Source: an uncultured Eubacteriales bacterium
GTDB lineage: Bacteria; Bacillota; Clostridia; Christensenellales; CAG-138
Length of the DNA stretch: 64,000 bases
Reading direction: 5' to 3'
Assembly (NCBI GenBank): GCA_900319345.1
Contig: ONNZ01000011.1
Location: 6,411 to 70,410, forward strand
Part shown: positions 1 to 8,476 of the stretch, one piece after another
Position numbering within the stretch: the first letter of the stretch is position 1
Layout: each line of letters begins with the position of its first letter
The notes under the pieces: generated by a model
What the model saw: only the letters and a program-made list of their open reading frames with translations
What the model was told of the DNA's origin: nothing
The model's database searches: none
Position numbers and translations under genes: made by a program

Positions 1-659
1 GTGATCCGGTCCGCCACGGTGACACCGGTGAGGCCGTCGCCGTTCGATTGGACGCCCACGATCTTCCGGTTGGTTTCGATCGTCACGTTGCTGCGGCTTC
101 GGAGGATCTTCTGCAGGGTCTCCTCACCCGTGAGCTCGGGCAGGTCCTGGAGGATGATGACCTCCCGGCACTTCTCCGCCAGCAGGATCGCCTCCTGGAG
201 CGCGGAGTTGCCGCCGCCGGCCACGCAGACGGTTTGGCCGGAGAAAAAGTCGCCGTCGCACACGGCGCAGAAGGAGATGCCGTTGCCCACCAGCTCGTTC
301 TCCCCGGGCAGGCCCAGCATTCGATGCTTCACGCCCGTGGCGATGACCACGGCCATAGCTTCGAATGCGTTCCCCTCCTCGGTCCGCACCAGCTTGTGGC
401 CGTCCGCTTCCTCCACGGCCACGGCCTTTTCCAGCTCCACCTCGGCGCCCAGGGCCAGTATCTGCTCCAGGAGCTTGTCGGCGAACTCGTTGCCGCTCAT
501 TTGGATGGTGCCCGGGTAGTTCTCCACCTTGGGGGAGTAGGTGATCTGGCCGCCGAAGCCGTGCTTCTCCAGCACCAGCACGCTTTTGCCGTTCCGCAGG
601 GCGTACAGCGCCGCGGTCATGCCCGCCGGGCCGCCGCCGATGACGATGATGTCGTACAT
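1..659 (-). CDS. trxB: thioredoxin-disulfide reductase, truncated by the window edge (N-terminal ~219 aa present)
   Basis: It is absent from the ORF track because it runs off the window. My reverse-complement translation from the ATG at ~659 reads MYDIIVIGGGPAGMTAALYALRNG...GISFCAVCDGDFF...VAGGGNSALQEA. This shows the FAD GxGxxG motif, a CAVC redox dithiol and a second Rossmann motif. Confidence 0.85.
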   Translation of the reverse strand, partial: MYDIIVIGGGPAGMTAALYALRNGKSVLVLEKHGFGGQITYSPKVENYPGTIQMSGNEFADKLLEQILALGAEVELEKAVAVEEADGHKLVRTEEGNAFEAMAVVIATGVKHRMLGLPGENELVGNGISFCAVCDGDFFSGQTVCVAGGGNSALQEAILLAEKCREVIILQDLPELTGEETLQKILRSRSNVTIETNRKIVGVQSNGDGLTGVTVADRI

Positions 660-793
660 GATGAATACCTCAAGTTTTGTTGTGTTCCTTTTTTCTCTTC
701 GGTGAAGAGAAAAAAGGAACCGAAAAAAGAGAAGCTTAAGAAGGGATCAAAGGCTTCGCTGAAGCGATCTTTCCCTTCTTAAAGTTCTTTTGT

Positions 794-820
794 TCAACTT
801 TTCTTTCAAGAAAAGTTGAA
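794..820 (-). terminator. hairpin downstream of nrdD (ttcaacttttctt/aagaaaagttgaa)
   Basis: A 13-bp perfect stem with a 1-nt loop lies 23 nt after the nrdD stop. The trailing T-run on the minus strand is weak. Confidence 0.4.
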
Positions 821-842
821 TGGCTTTCAATAGATTCCTCTA

Positions 843-3269
843 TTACTTTTTCCCCATGAGCCAGCCCTTGATATCGCTGACGCCGCGGAAGGAGGTGAAC
901 CCGTCTCCCTCGATGAGCACCAGGGTGGGGGCCTGCTTCACGCCGTACTGGTTGACCAGCTCCTTGTTCTCGTTGGCGTTCAGCGGCGTGTAGGCGATGC
1001 CCGCCTTATCGAGGAGCGCCATGGCCAGCTTGCAGTTGGGGCAGGTGGGCGTCTTGAACAGCAGGATGCTGGCGCTGCCCGCCTTCACCTCTTCCTTCAC
1101 CTCCGCCACGGGCTCGGCCTTGACTTCCTCTGCGGGGGTTGTGAACACGGGCTTCTCCGCAGCTGCGCCCTCGGGCTTGGGGCCCACATGGGTCAGCACG
1201 GACCGGCCGATGTTGTAGACCTTCCGATCCTTGAACTCCTGGGCCTTGCCGTCGTTCCAGTTCTGCACGGGCCGGTAGTAGCCGGTGATGCGGCTGTAGA
1301 CCTCGGTCTTCTGTCCGCAGATGGGGCAGGTGAAGTGCTCGCCCGTGATATAGCCGTGGTCCTTGCACACCGAATAGGTGGGGGACAGGGTGTAATAGGG
1401 GAGCTTATAGTTTTCGGCGATCTTCCGAACCAGGTTGGCCGCGGCCTTCCAGTCGGGAAGCTTCTCCCCCAGGAAGGCGTGGAACACGGTGCCGGAGGTG
1501 TACAGGGTCTGCAGATCGTCCTGGATATCGAGGGCCGAGAACACGTCCTCCGTGTAGCCCACGGGCAGGTGGGAGGAGTTGGTGTAGTAGGGCGTGCCGT
1601 TCTCGTTGGCGGTGATGATGTCGGGGAACTCCTCCTTGTCGTGCTTGGCGAAACGATAGGTGGTGGACTCCGCCGGGGTGGCCTCCAGGTTGTAGAGGTC
1701 GCCGTACTGCTCCTGATAGTCGCTGAGGCGCTCCCGCATATGGTTCAGCACGTCCTTGGCGAACTGCTGGGTCTCGGGATGGGTCAGATCCTTCCTGAGC
1801 CACTTGGCGTTCAGGCCCACCTCGTTCATGCCGATGAGGCCGATGGTGGAGAAGTGGTTGTTGAAGGTGCCCAGGTACCGCTTGGTGTAGGGGTACAGGC
1901 CCGCATCCAGGAGCTTGGTGATGACGGTCCGCTTGGTCTTGAGGCTCCGGGCGGCGATGTCCATCATCCGATCGAGGCGGGCGTAGAAATCCTTCTCGTC
2001 GCTGGCCAGGTACGCGAGCCGGGGCAGGTTGATGGTCACCACGCCCACGGAGCCGGTGCTTTCGCCGGATCCGAAGAACCCGCCGGACTTCTTGCGAAGC
2101 TCACGCAGGTCGAGCCGCAGCCGGCAGCACATGGACCTGACGTCGCTGGGCTCCATGTCGGAGTTGATGTAGTTGGAGAAGTAGGGCGTGCCGTACTTGG
2201 CGGTCATCTCGAACAGGAGCTTGTTGTTCTCGGTCTCGCTCCAGTCGAAGTCCCGGGTGATGGAGTAGGTGGGGATGGGGTACTGGAAGCCGCGGCCGTT
2301 GGCGTCGCCCTCGATCATGACCTCGATGAACGCCTTGTTCACCATGTCCATTTCCTTCTTGCAGTCGCCGTAGGTGAAGTCCATCTCCTTGCCGCCCACG
2401 ATGGCGGGCAGGTTTTCGAGGTCCTTGGGCACGGTCCAGTCCAACGTGATGTTGGAGAAGGGCGCCTGGGTGCCCCAGCGGCTGGGCGTGTTCACGCCGT
2501 AGATGAAGCTCTGGACGCACTGCTTCACTTCCTTCTGGGAGAGGTTGTCCACCTTCACGAAGGGAGCGAGGTAGGTATCGAAGCTGGAGAAGGCCTGGGC
2601 GCCGGCCCACTCGTTCTGCATGATGCCCAGGAAGTTGACCATCTGGTTGCAGAGGGTGGAGAGGTGGCTGGCCGGGGAGGAGGTGATCTTGCCGGGCACG
2701 CCGCCGAGGCCCTCCTGGATGAGCTGCTTCAAACTCCAGCCCGCGCAGTAGCCGGTGAGCATGCTAAGGTCGTGGAGATGGATGGCCGCGCTACGGTGGG
2801 CCTCCGCCACCTCGGGATCGTAGATCTCGGTGAGCCAGTAGTTGGCGGTGATGGCGCCGGAGTTGGAGAGGATCAGGCCGCCCACGGAGTAGGTGACGGT
2901 GGAGTTCTCCTTCACCCGCCAGTCGGCGATCTTCAGATAGTTGTCCACCAGGTCCTTGTAGTTGAGGAGGGCGGAGTTCACGTTCCGGACCTTCTCCCGC
3001 TGCTTGCGGTACAGGATGTAGGCCTTGGCCACGTCCGCATAGCCGCTTTCAGACAGCACCTTTTCCACGCTGTCCTGGATGTCCTCCACGGCGATGCAGC
3101 CGTCCTGGATCTTGTTCTCGAAGTCCGCCGTCACATGGAGGGCCAACAGGTCGATCACACTGGGATGATAGGCCTTGTTCAGGGCCACGAACGCCTTGGT
3201 GATGGCGCCGGTGATCTTGCTGATGGTGAATTCGGCGATCTGTCCGTCACGCTTTTTGACTTGATACAT
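843..3269 (-). CDS. nrdD: anaerobic ribonucleoside-triphosphate reductase (class III RNR) with a fused C-terminal glutaredoxin/NrdH-like domain
   Basis: Based on ORF 843..3341. The likely start is the internal MYQVKKRDGQIAEF, preceded by GGAGAAG. It has an ATP-cone-like N-terminus, a Zn-ribbon (CKDHGYITGEHFTCPICGQ) and the glycyl-radical motif SRITGYYRPV. An acidic/Ala-Glu-Lys linker and a thioredoxin-fold tail follow (LLFKTPTCPNCKLAMALLDKAGIAY...APTLVL). Confidence 0.93.
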   Translation of the reverse strand: MYQVKKRDGQIAEFTISKITGAITKAFVALNKAYHPSVIDLLALHVTADFENKIQDGCIAVEDIQDSVEKVLSESGYADVAKAYILYRKQREKVRNVNSALLNYKDLVDNYLKIADWRVKENSTVTYSVGGLILSNSGAITANYWLTEIYDPEVAEAHRSAAIHLHDLSMLTGYCAGWSLKQLIQEGLGGVPGKITSSPASHLSTLCNQMVNFLGIMQNEWAGAQAFSSFDTYLAPFVKVDNLSQKEVKQCVQSFIYGVNTPSRWGTQAPFSNITLDWTVPKDLENLPAIVGGKEMDFTYGDCKKEMDMVNKAFIEVMIEGDANGRGFQYPIPTYSITRDFDWSETENNKLLFEMTAKYGTPYFSNYINSDMEPSDVRSMCCRLRLDLRELRKKSGGFFGSGESTGSVGVVTINLPRLAYLASDEKDFYARLDRMMDIAARSLKTKRTVITKLLDAGLYPYTKRYLGTFNNHFSTIGLIGMNEVGLNAKWLRKDLTHPETQQFAKDVLNHMRERLSDYQEQYGDLYNLEATPAESTTYRFAKHDKEEFPDIITANENGTPYYTNSSHLPVGYTEDVFSALDIQDDLQTLYTSGTVFHAFLGEKLPDWKAAANLVRKIAENYKLPYYTLSPTYSVCKDHGYITGEHFTCPICGQKTEVYSRITGYYRPVQNWNDGKAQEFKDRKVYNIGRSVLTHVGPKPEGAAAEKPVFTTPAEEVKAEPVAEVKEEVKAGSASILLFKTPTCPNCKLAMALLDKAGIAYTPLNANENKELVNQYGVKQAPTLVLIEGDGFTSFRGVSDIKGWLMGKK

Positions 3270-3350
3270 AGGTACTTCTCCTAAGCGATATTTTGAAAAA
3301 CTGATGGGGCGCAGCCCGATACAGCCGCAACACCCGAGCATGGCTACTCT

Positions 3351-3418
3351 ACCATATCTTGTGGTGCGGTGTCAATATCTTGTGTTGTTTGTTAACAAAT
3401 CACACAATATCTTGTATT
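3351..3418 (-). promoter_or_regulatory. three NrdR-box-like operators upstream of nrdD
   Basis: The sites are ACCATATCTTGTGGT (3351-3365), GTCAATATCTTGTGTT (3371-3386) and CACAATATCTTGTATT (3403-3418). All share ATATCTTGT and resemble the 16-bp NrdR palindrome acaCwAtATaTwGtgt. Spacings of ~20 and ~32 bp put them on the same helical face. Confidence 0.6.
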
Positions 3419-3460
3419 TATACGGCGCAGTATACACAGGTGATCTGCAAAAAAGCCTGA

Positions 3461-4150
3461 TTATAGGCCGCGAATGGATGTATAGGGCACGTATACCCTT
3501 GCCATAGATGCGTATTTTTCCAAATTTTCCCTTGTGGGGGCGTGCAGGCCCGCGAAGGGCACGGAATCCCGGTCGGTGAAGGGCTGCAAAAAGTAGGCCT
3601 TCGCCCCGGCGATCCACCGGCCCATGGCCTCGAAATCCGCCGCCTTGTGGAGCTCGTCCACCACCGTGGTGCGGAACTCGTAGGGGATGGAGCTATCCAT
3701 CAAGAGCTTCACGCTCCGGCGGATGGGGGCAAGGTCCAGGTTGTCGAGGCCCACGGTCAGGGCGTACTTCTCGGGGCTGTTCTTCAGGTCCATAGCCACA
3801 TAGTCCACCAGCCCCTCCTGAAGGAGCGCCGCCAGGGCGTCCGGGTGGTTGCCGTTGGTATCCACCTTCACCCCGAAGCCCAGCTCACGGATGGCGCGGA
3901 GGAGCTCCGGCAGATCCTTCCGCAGCAGGGGCTCTCCGCCGGTGATGGCCACCCCGTCCAAGAGGCCCTGGCGGCCCTTCAGGAACTTAAGCAATTCTGC
4001 ATCGTCCATGACCGCCGGGGCGGAGCCGTCCAGCAGCTCCCCGTTGTGGCAGAAGGGGCAGCGAAAGTCGCAGCCGCCCAAAAACACCGTGCAGGCCACC
4101 CGGCCGGGGAAGTCCAGCAGCGTCATCTTCTGTAAGCCCTGTATCTTCAT
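3461..4150 (-). CDS. nrdG: anaerobic ribonucleotide reductase activating protein (radical SAM)
   Basis: The 229-aa ORF begins MKIQGLQKMTLLDFPGRVACTVFLGGCDFRCPFCHN, which carries the CxxxCxxC radical-SAM cluster motif. It also has GGEPLL and is adjacent to nrdD. Confidence 0.9.
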   Translation of the reverse strand: MKIQGLQKMTLLDFPGRVACTVFLGGCDFRCPFCHNGELLDGSAPAVMDDAELLKFLKGRQGLLDGVAITGGEPLLRKDLPELLRAIRELGFGVKVDTNGNHPDALAALLQEGLVDYVAMDLKNSPEKYALTVGLDNLDLAPIRRSVKLLMDSSIPYEFRTTVVDELHKAADFEAMGRWIAGAKAYFLQPFTDRDSVPFAGLHAPTRENLEKYASMARVYVPYTSIRGL

Positions 4151-4162
4151 GGCATTTCTCCT

Positions 4163-5104
4163 TTAGATCGTGTATAAAATGTTCAGGTTCCGCACATCCC
4201 CGTCCTCGATGCCGTCGTTGACGGAGTAGGCGTGCTTCTCGAGGTCGCCGCAGATGGCCTTGGTGAGGCCCTGGTTTTGGAGCTCGTCGATGACGTCTGC
4301 CGCGGTGCTCTCGATCATGTCGTACTTCGATTCCGCCAGCTCGGGGTCGTTCCCCGTGGTCAAAAGATACTCCAGCGTCTCCGCCGTCAACGACAGCTTG
4401 GGTAGCCGCCGCAGCGCCCGGAAGCTCCATTTATAGTAGGGGGCGTAGGCCCGGTTCAGCAGGAAGACCACTTCGATGCAGCTCTTCACGAACTCGTTGA
4501 CCGCCAGCTGGGCCGCGGCGGGCTCCCCGTGCTTCAGGCACCGGAGGTAGTTATACTGCCCCGCCTGGGCCATGAGGAGCAGGTGGCCGCTGAGGCGCTT
4601 TTTGCGCACGTCCTCCGGCATATGGGACAGGGCCGCCCGGATGGCCGTGACCTCCCCGAGATCGTCCCGGAAGAGCTGGCCGCCCGTGGCCTCCAGCAGC
4701 GCTTGCTGGGGGAGCTTCAGCCACTGGTCCACCGTGAGCACGCCGTCGGGGGCGCCCACCTTCTCCGTGAAGAAGTCCGCCGCCCTGAGGACCCCGTGCC
4801 GGGCCCCGCCCACGGGGGCCAAGGCGCTGCGCCGGAACCCCATGAATTCCTTGGGGAGCTTCGCGTAGGCACGCTCCAGCAAAAAGGCGGTCCGCCGGTC
4901 CACCACGCTTTCGTCCGGCAGCAGCAGGCAGAACCCGGGCTCGAAGTCGTGGTCCCGGCTCACCTCGTCGTCGAAGCCCAAGCACTCGGACCCGCTGCCC
5001 AGAAGGCCCACGGCGATCAGCCCCGCCTGCGCGGGGAACTGCTCCCGGAGCATGGGCGCGCCGTACTCTTCGTAGAACGCCCGGGAAAGCTCAAGCCCGT
5101 TCAT
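4163..5104 (-). CDS. DUF4037-like (nucleotidyltransferase-related) protein
   Basis: The 313-aa ORF has an N-terminus (GLELSRAFYEEYGAPMLREQFP...GSGSECLGFDDEVSRDHDFEPGFCLLL) that matches my memory of the DUF4037 family. Coding-like codon usage. Confidence 0.6.
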   Translation of the reverse strand: MNGLELSRAFYEEYGAPMLREQFPAQAGLIAVGLLGSGSECLGFDDEVSRDHDFEPGFCLLLPDESVVDRRTAFLLERAYAKLPKEFMGFRRSALAPVGGARHGVLRAADFFTEKVGAPDGVLTVDQWLKLPQQALLEATGGQLFRDDLGEVTAIRAALSHMPEDVRKKRLSGHLLLMAQAGQYNYLRCLKHGEPAAAQLAVNEFVKSCIEVVFLLNRAYAPYYKWSFRALRRLPKLSLTAETLEYLLTTGNDPELAESKYDMIESTAADVIDELQNQGLTKAICGDLEKHAYSVNDGIEDGDVRNLNILYTI

Positions 5105-5921
5105 AGATCGCTTTGGCCCTTTCTTTAAGATCGTCGGCTATGAGGAACCAGCCGTAGTAGTCGAAGGTGGGGGCGCACTTCTCGCACACGAAGGCGTAGT
5201 ACCCGTCCCTCGGCAGGGTCCCGTCGTCCAGCAGGGCGGCAGCCTTCTCCAAATACTGCTCGATCTTCTTCTCGCCCTTCTCGAGGCCGTGCTCCAGCTC
5301 CACCGCGTTGGCGAGATTCAGGTACGTGATGGCCTGTTCCAGGGCCCCGTGCTCCACCTTGCCCATCACGTCCAGGGCCTTCAAAAAACTTTCATAGGCC
5401 TCCCCGAAGCGGCCGAGCGCCATGTACGCAAGGCCCATGTTGTTGTAGAGGCCCCCCAGCCGTCCGTCGTTCTCGGGGAGATTCCCCTCGTAGACGGCCT
5501 TGGCTTTTTCAAATAGCTCAATGGAGCGCTCGGGCATGCCGAAGGCGTCGTAGACCGTGGCGGCGTTCACGTAGGCGGTGCCAGCGGACAGGGTGCCCTC
5601 GAAGCCCAGCCGGTCGATCAGGTTCAAACTTTCGTTGGCGTTCAAAATGGCCTGGTCCTTGTCGCCCACCTTCCGGTAGTGGCCCATCATTTCGCCCCGG
5701 ACGAAGAACTCGCCCCTCAGGTCCCCGTTTTGTTGGGCCTCGGCCAGCCAGTACTTCAAATGCCGCTCCGCCCCGGCGTAGTCCCGGCGGCTCATGTATT
5801 CGTCCAGCTTCTCCCGGACCCGCCGCTGGGGGATGGGCGCGGGCCGGTCCTTGTCCATGCACAGGACGCAGGCGGGCTCCTGGTAGTCCTCGGGGCCGAT
5901 GGGGCCGTGATGCTCCTTCAT
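5091..5921 (-). CDS. tetratricopeptide-repeat protein
   Basis: The 276-aa ORF has repeated 34-aa Ala/Tyr/Gly-patterned helices (e.g. GLYNNMGLAYMALGRFGEAYESFLKAL). It overlaps the downstream gene start by 14 nt. Confidence 0.7.
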   Translation of the reverse strand: MKEHHGPIGPEDYQEPACVLCMDKDRPAPIPQRRVREKLDEYMSRRDYAGAERHLKYWLAEAQQNGDLRGEFFVRGEMMGHYRKVGDKDQAILNANESLNLIDRLGFEGTLSAGTAYVNAATVYDAFGMPERSIELFEKAKAVYEGNLPENDGRLGGLYNNMGLAYMALGRFGEAYESFLKALDVMGKVEHGALEQAITYLNLANAVELEHGLEKGEKKIEQYLEKAAALLDDGTLPRDGYYAFVCEKCAPTFDYYGWFLIADDLKERAKAIYERA

Positions 5922-5934
5922 AGGCGCCTCCTCT

Positions 5935-6495
5935 TCATTCGTTCTTCAGCAGCAGCCCGCCCAGCAGGATGATCTGCTCCGGCAGCCGTTGGCCCGCAGA
6001 CCACTGCAGGGTTTCGCCGAAATATTTCTCCAGGGCCCCGCCGCAGTCGCCGCCCAGGGCTTCGATGGACCACCGCATCCTTTCGGGCATCCGGCAGGGC
6101 TTCCCCTCCGTTCGAGCGCAGGCGGGGCACAGGTCGCACTTGCCCGCGAACAGGGCCAGGTTCCCGGGGGCCTCGGCTTCCATGGCCAGCAGATCCTCGG
6201 CCAAGCCCGCCTTGATCTTCGGCAGCTCCGTGGCCTCGAAGGCCCGCCGCTCCCCGGGGAACAGCCGGTCCTTGGTGAAGACCAGTTTTCGGGCGTAGAG
6301 GCGGAGGGCGTCGTACCGTTGCCACAGGGTCATGGGATCGAACCCAAAGGGCGGGCAGGACCAGAACCGGCCGTAGTTGGGGCAGTCCTGGCAGTATCCC
6401 GAAAACCGGGGCACGTCCACCAGGTCCCGCCGAAACTCGTCCAGGGGGATCGTCCGATCCAATGTGGTGCAGGTGTACAGGGTTCCTTCTTCCAT
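5935..6495 (-). CDS. DUF2284-like predicted metal-binding protein
   Basis: The 186-aa ORF has Cys motifs CQDCPNYGRFWSCPP and CDLCPAC typical of that family. Confidence 0.6.
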   Translation of the reverse strand: MEEGTLYTCTTLDRTIPLDEFRRDLVDVPRFSGYCQDCPNYGRFWSCPPFGFDPMTLWQRYDALRLYARKLVFTKDRLFPGERRAFEATELPKIKAGLAEDLLAMEAEAPGNLALFAGKCDLCPACARTEGKPCRMPERMRWSIEALGGDCGGALEKYFGETLQWSAGQRLPEQIILLGGLLLKNE

Positions 6496-6623
6496 AGGTC
6501 TATGCTACCATGGTCCGGTCGCTTTGACAAGCGCCAAACTTAACGCTCTGTTTGCATTTCCACCCTTGCGCATGGGGTGGGGCGGTGCGATAATATATTT
6601 ATCCTGTCAAGGGGGATAGATCC

Positions 6624-7622
6624 ATGAAAGAGATGAACGTAGGCGTCCTGGGCGCCACCGGCGCGGTGGGCCAGGAGATGCTGAAGATACTGGCGGAGCG
6701 GGACTTCCCCGTGGGGAGCGTCCGGCCCCTGGCCAGCGCCCGCAGCGCGGGCAAGATGATCCTGTTCAAAGGGGAGCAGGTGCCCATCGTGGAGGCCCGG
6801 GAAGACGCCTTCCGGGGCCTCGACCTCGTTTTGGGCGCGGCGGAGAACGATATCGCAAAGCGGTTCGCGCCCCATGTCCTGGACGCGGGGGCCGTGTTCG
6901 TGGACAATTCCAGCGCCTTCCGGTTGCGGGAGGACGTGCCCCTGATCATCCCGGAGATCAACCCGGAGGACGCCAAATGGCACAAAGGCATCATCGCCAA
7001 CCCCAACTGCACCACCATCGTGGCCCTCATGGCCGTGGCGCCCCTGGCCAGGGTGAGCCCCATCGAGACCATGATCGCCTCCTCCTACCAGGCCGTCAGC
7101 GGCGCCGGCGTGGCGGGCATGCGGGAGCTGACGGAGGAGATCGAGGCAGGCCTGAAGGGGGAGCCCTACGCGCCCAAGGCCTTCGCCCACCAGATCGCCT
7201 ACAACGTGATCCCCCAGATCGGGTCCGAGCAGTACCTCGGCTACACCAGCGAGGAGATGAAGATGCAGAACGAGGGCCGGAAGATATTGCACCTGCCCGA
7301 CATGAAGGTGAGCTGCACCTGCGTCCGGGTGCCGGTGCTCCGCAGCCACAGCGTGTCCGTGGTCCTGCGGACCAGGGAAAAGATCACCGTGGACCGGGCC
7401 CGCGCGCTCATCGCCGCCGCCCCGGGCTGCAAGCTGGTGGACGATCTTCCCAACCACGTGTACCCCATGCCTCTTGACACTTCGGACCAGGACCTGATCT
7501 TCGTGGGCCGGATCCGGGAGGACCTGACCTCCGACAAGGGCCTCAACCTCTGGTGCTGCGGCGACCAGATCCGCAAGGGCGCCGCCACCAATGCGGTACA
7601 GATCGCAGAGTTGTTATTGTGA
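6624..7622 (+). CDS. asd: aspartate-semialdehyde dehydrogenase
   Basis: The 332-aa ORF has VGVLGATGAVGQEML, the active-site region NPNCTTI and SGAG. An RBS GGGGGA lies upstream. Confidence 0.93.
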   Translation: MKEMNVGVLGATGAVGQEMLKILAERDFPVGSVRPLASARSAGKMILFKGEQVPIVEAREDAFRGLDLVLGAAENDIAKRFAPHVLDAGAVFVDNSSAFRLREDVPLIIPEINPEDAKWHKGIIANPNCTTIVALMAVAPLARVSPIETMIASSYQAVSGAGVAGMRELTEEIEAGLKGEPYAPKAFAHQIAYNVIPQIGSEQYLGYTSEEMKMQNEGRKILHLPDMKVSCTCVRVPVLRSHSVSVVLRTREKITVDRARALIAAAPGCKLVDDLPNHVYPMPLDTSDQDLIFVGRIREDLTSDKGLNLWCCGDQIRKGAATNAVQIAELLL

Positions 7623-7632
7623 TTTTTTCTGT

Positions 7633-7668
7633 GCCGCTTTTTCTTTTCAGGTGAAAAGAAAAAGCGGC
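7633..7668 (+). terminator. rho-independent terminator after asd
   Basis: A 16-bp stem gccgctttttcttttc/gaaaagaaaaagcggc lies between convergent genes. A- and T-runs flank it, so it could act bidirectionally. Confidence 0.6.
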
Positions 7669-7753
7669 GCAAAAAGAAAAGCCTATTGGGATAATAGGCT
7701 TCGTAAACAAACAGCTTATTTCGAAATAAAGTTCTTTGGCAGCACCTTTTCTT

Positions 7754-8473
7754 TCAAGAAAAGGTGCGTATTTTAATAATATCCTTAATGACTTCTCCCG
7801 CCAGAATGAGCCCGGCCACCGAGGGCACGAAGGCTACGCTGCCGGGGGTGGCCCGGCGATGGGTCTCCTCGTCCGTGGGGGCGGGGGAGAGGGCCGGCTC
7901 CGTGGAGTAGACCACCTTCACGTGGTCGATGCCCCGCTTCCTGAGCTCCCGGCGCATGACCCGGGCCAGGGGGCACACGGAGGTCTCGGCGATGTCCGCC
8001 ACCCGGAAGGCCGTGGGGTCCAGCTTGTTCCCGGCGCCCATGGAGGAGATGATTGGCGTCCCCGCCGCCTTGGCCGCCTCGATGAGCTGGAGCTTCCCGG
8101 CCACGGTGTCGATGGCGTCCACCACGTAATCGTATGCCGTAAAATCAAACTGATCCGCCGTTTCCGGCAGGTAGAAGATGGGATAGGTCCGGACCTGACA
8201 ATCGGGGTTGATGCTCAGCACCCGGGCCTTGGCCGCCTCCACCTTCAGCATCCCCAGGGTGTCTCGGGTGGCCACGATCTGCCGGTTCAGGTTGGAGAGG
8301 ACCACCCGGTCGCTGTCGATCAAATCCAGTGCCCCCACGCCGCTGCGGGCCAGGGCCTCCACCGCGTGGCCGCCCACGCCGCCGATGCCGAACACGGCCA
8401 CCCGGGCCCTCCCCAGCCGGTCCAGGGCTTCGTCCCCCAGCAGCATCCGGGTCCTGGAAAACATATCCTCCAT
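7754..8473 (-). CDS. tcdA: tRNA threonylcarbamoyladenosine dehydratase (ThiF/MoeB-like E1 fold)
   Basis: The 239-aa ORF has VAVFGIGGVGGHAVEALARSGVGALDLIDSDRVVLSNLNRQ. Its stop is embedded in the hairpin at 7742-7767. Confidence 0.8.
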   Translation of the reverse strand: MEDMFSRTRMLLGDEALDRLGRARVAVFGIGGVGGHAVEALARSGVGALDLIDSDRVVLSNLNRQIVATRDTLGMLKVEAAKARVLSINPDCQVRTYPIFYLPETADQFDFTAYDYVVDAIDTVAGKLQLIEAAKAAGTPIISSMGAGNKLDPTAFRVADIAETSVCPLARVMRRELRKRGIDHVKVVYSTEPALSPAPTDEETHRRATPGSVAFVPSVAGLILAGEVIKDIIKIRTFS

Positions 8474-8476
8474 AGG

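Noticed and set aside
1188-3284. 698-aa ORF on the plus strand
   Set aside because: It lies entirely antisense to the well-supported nrdD gene. The product is Gly/Val/Leu/His/Asp-rich low-complexity sequence typical of shadow ORFs in high-GC DNA. No RBS or recognisable motifs.
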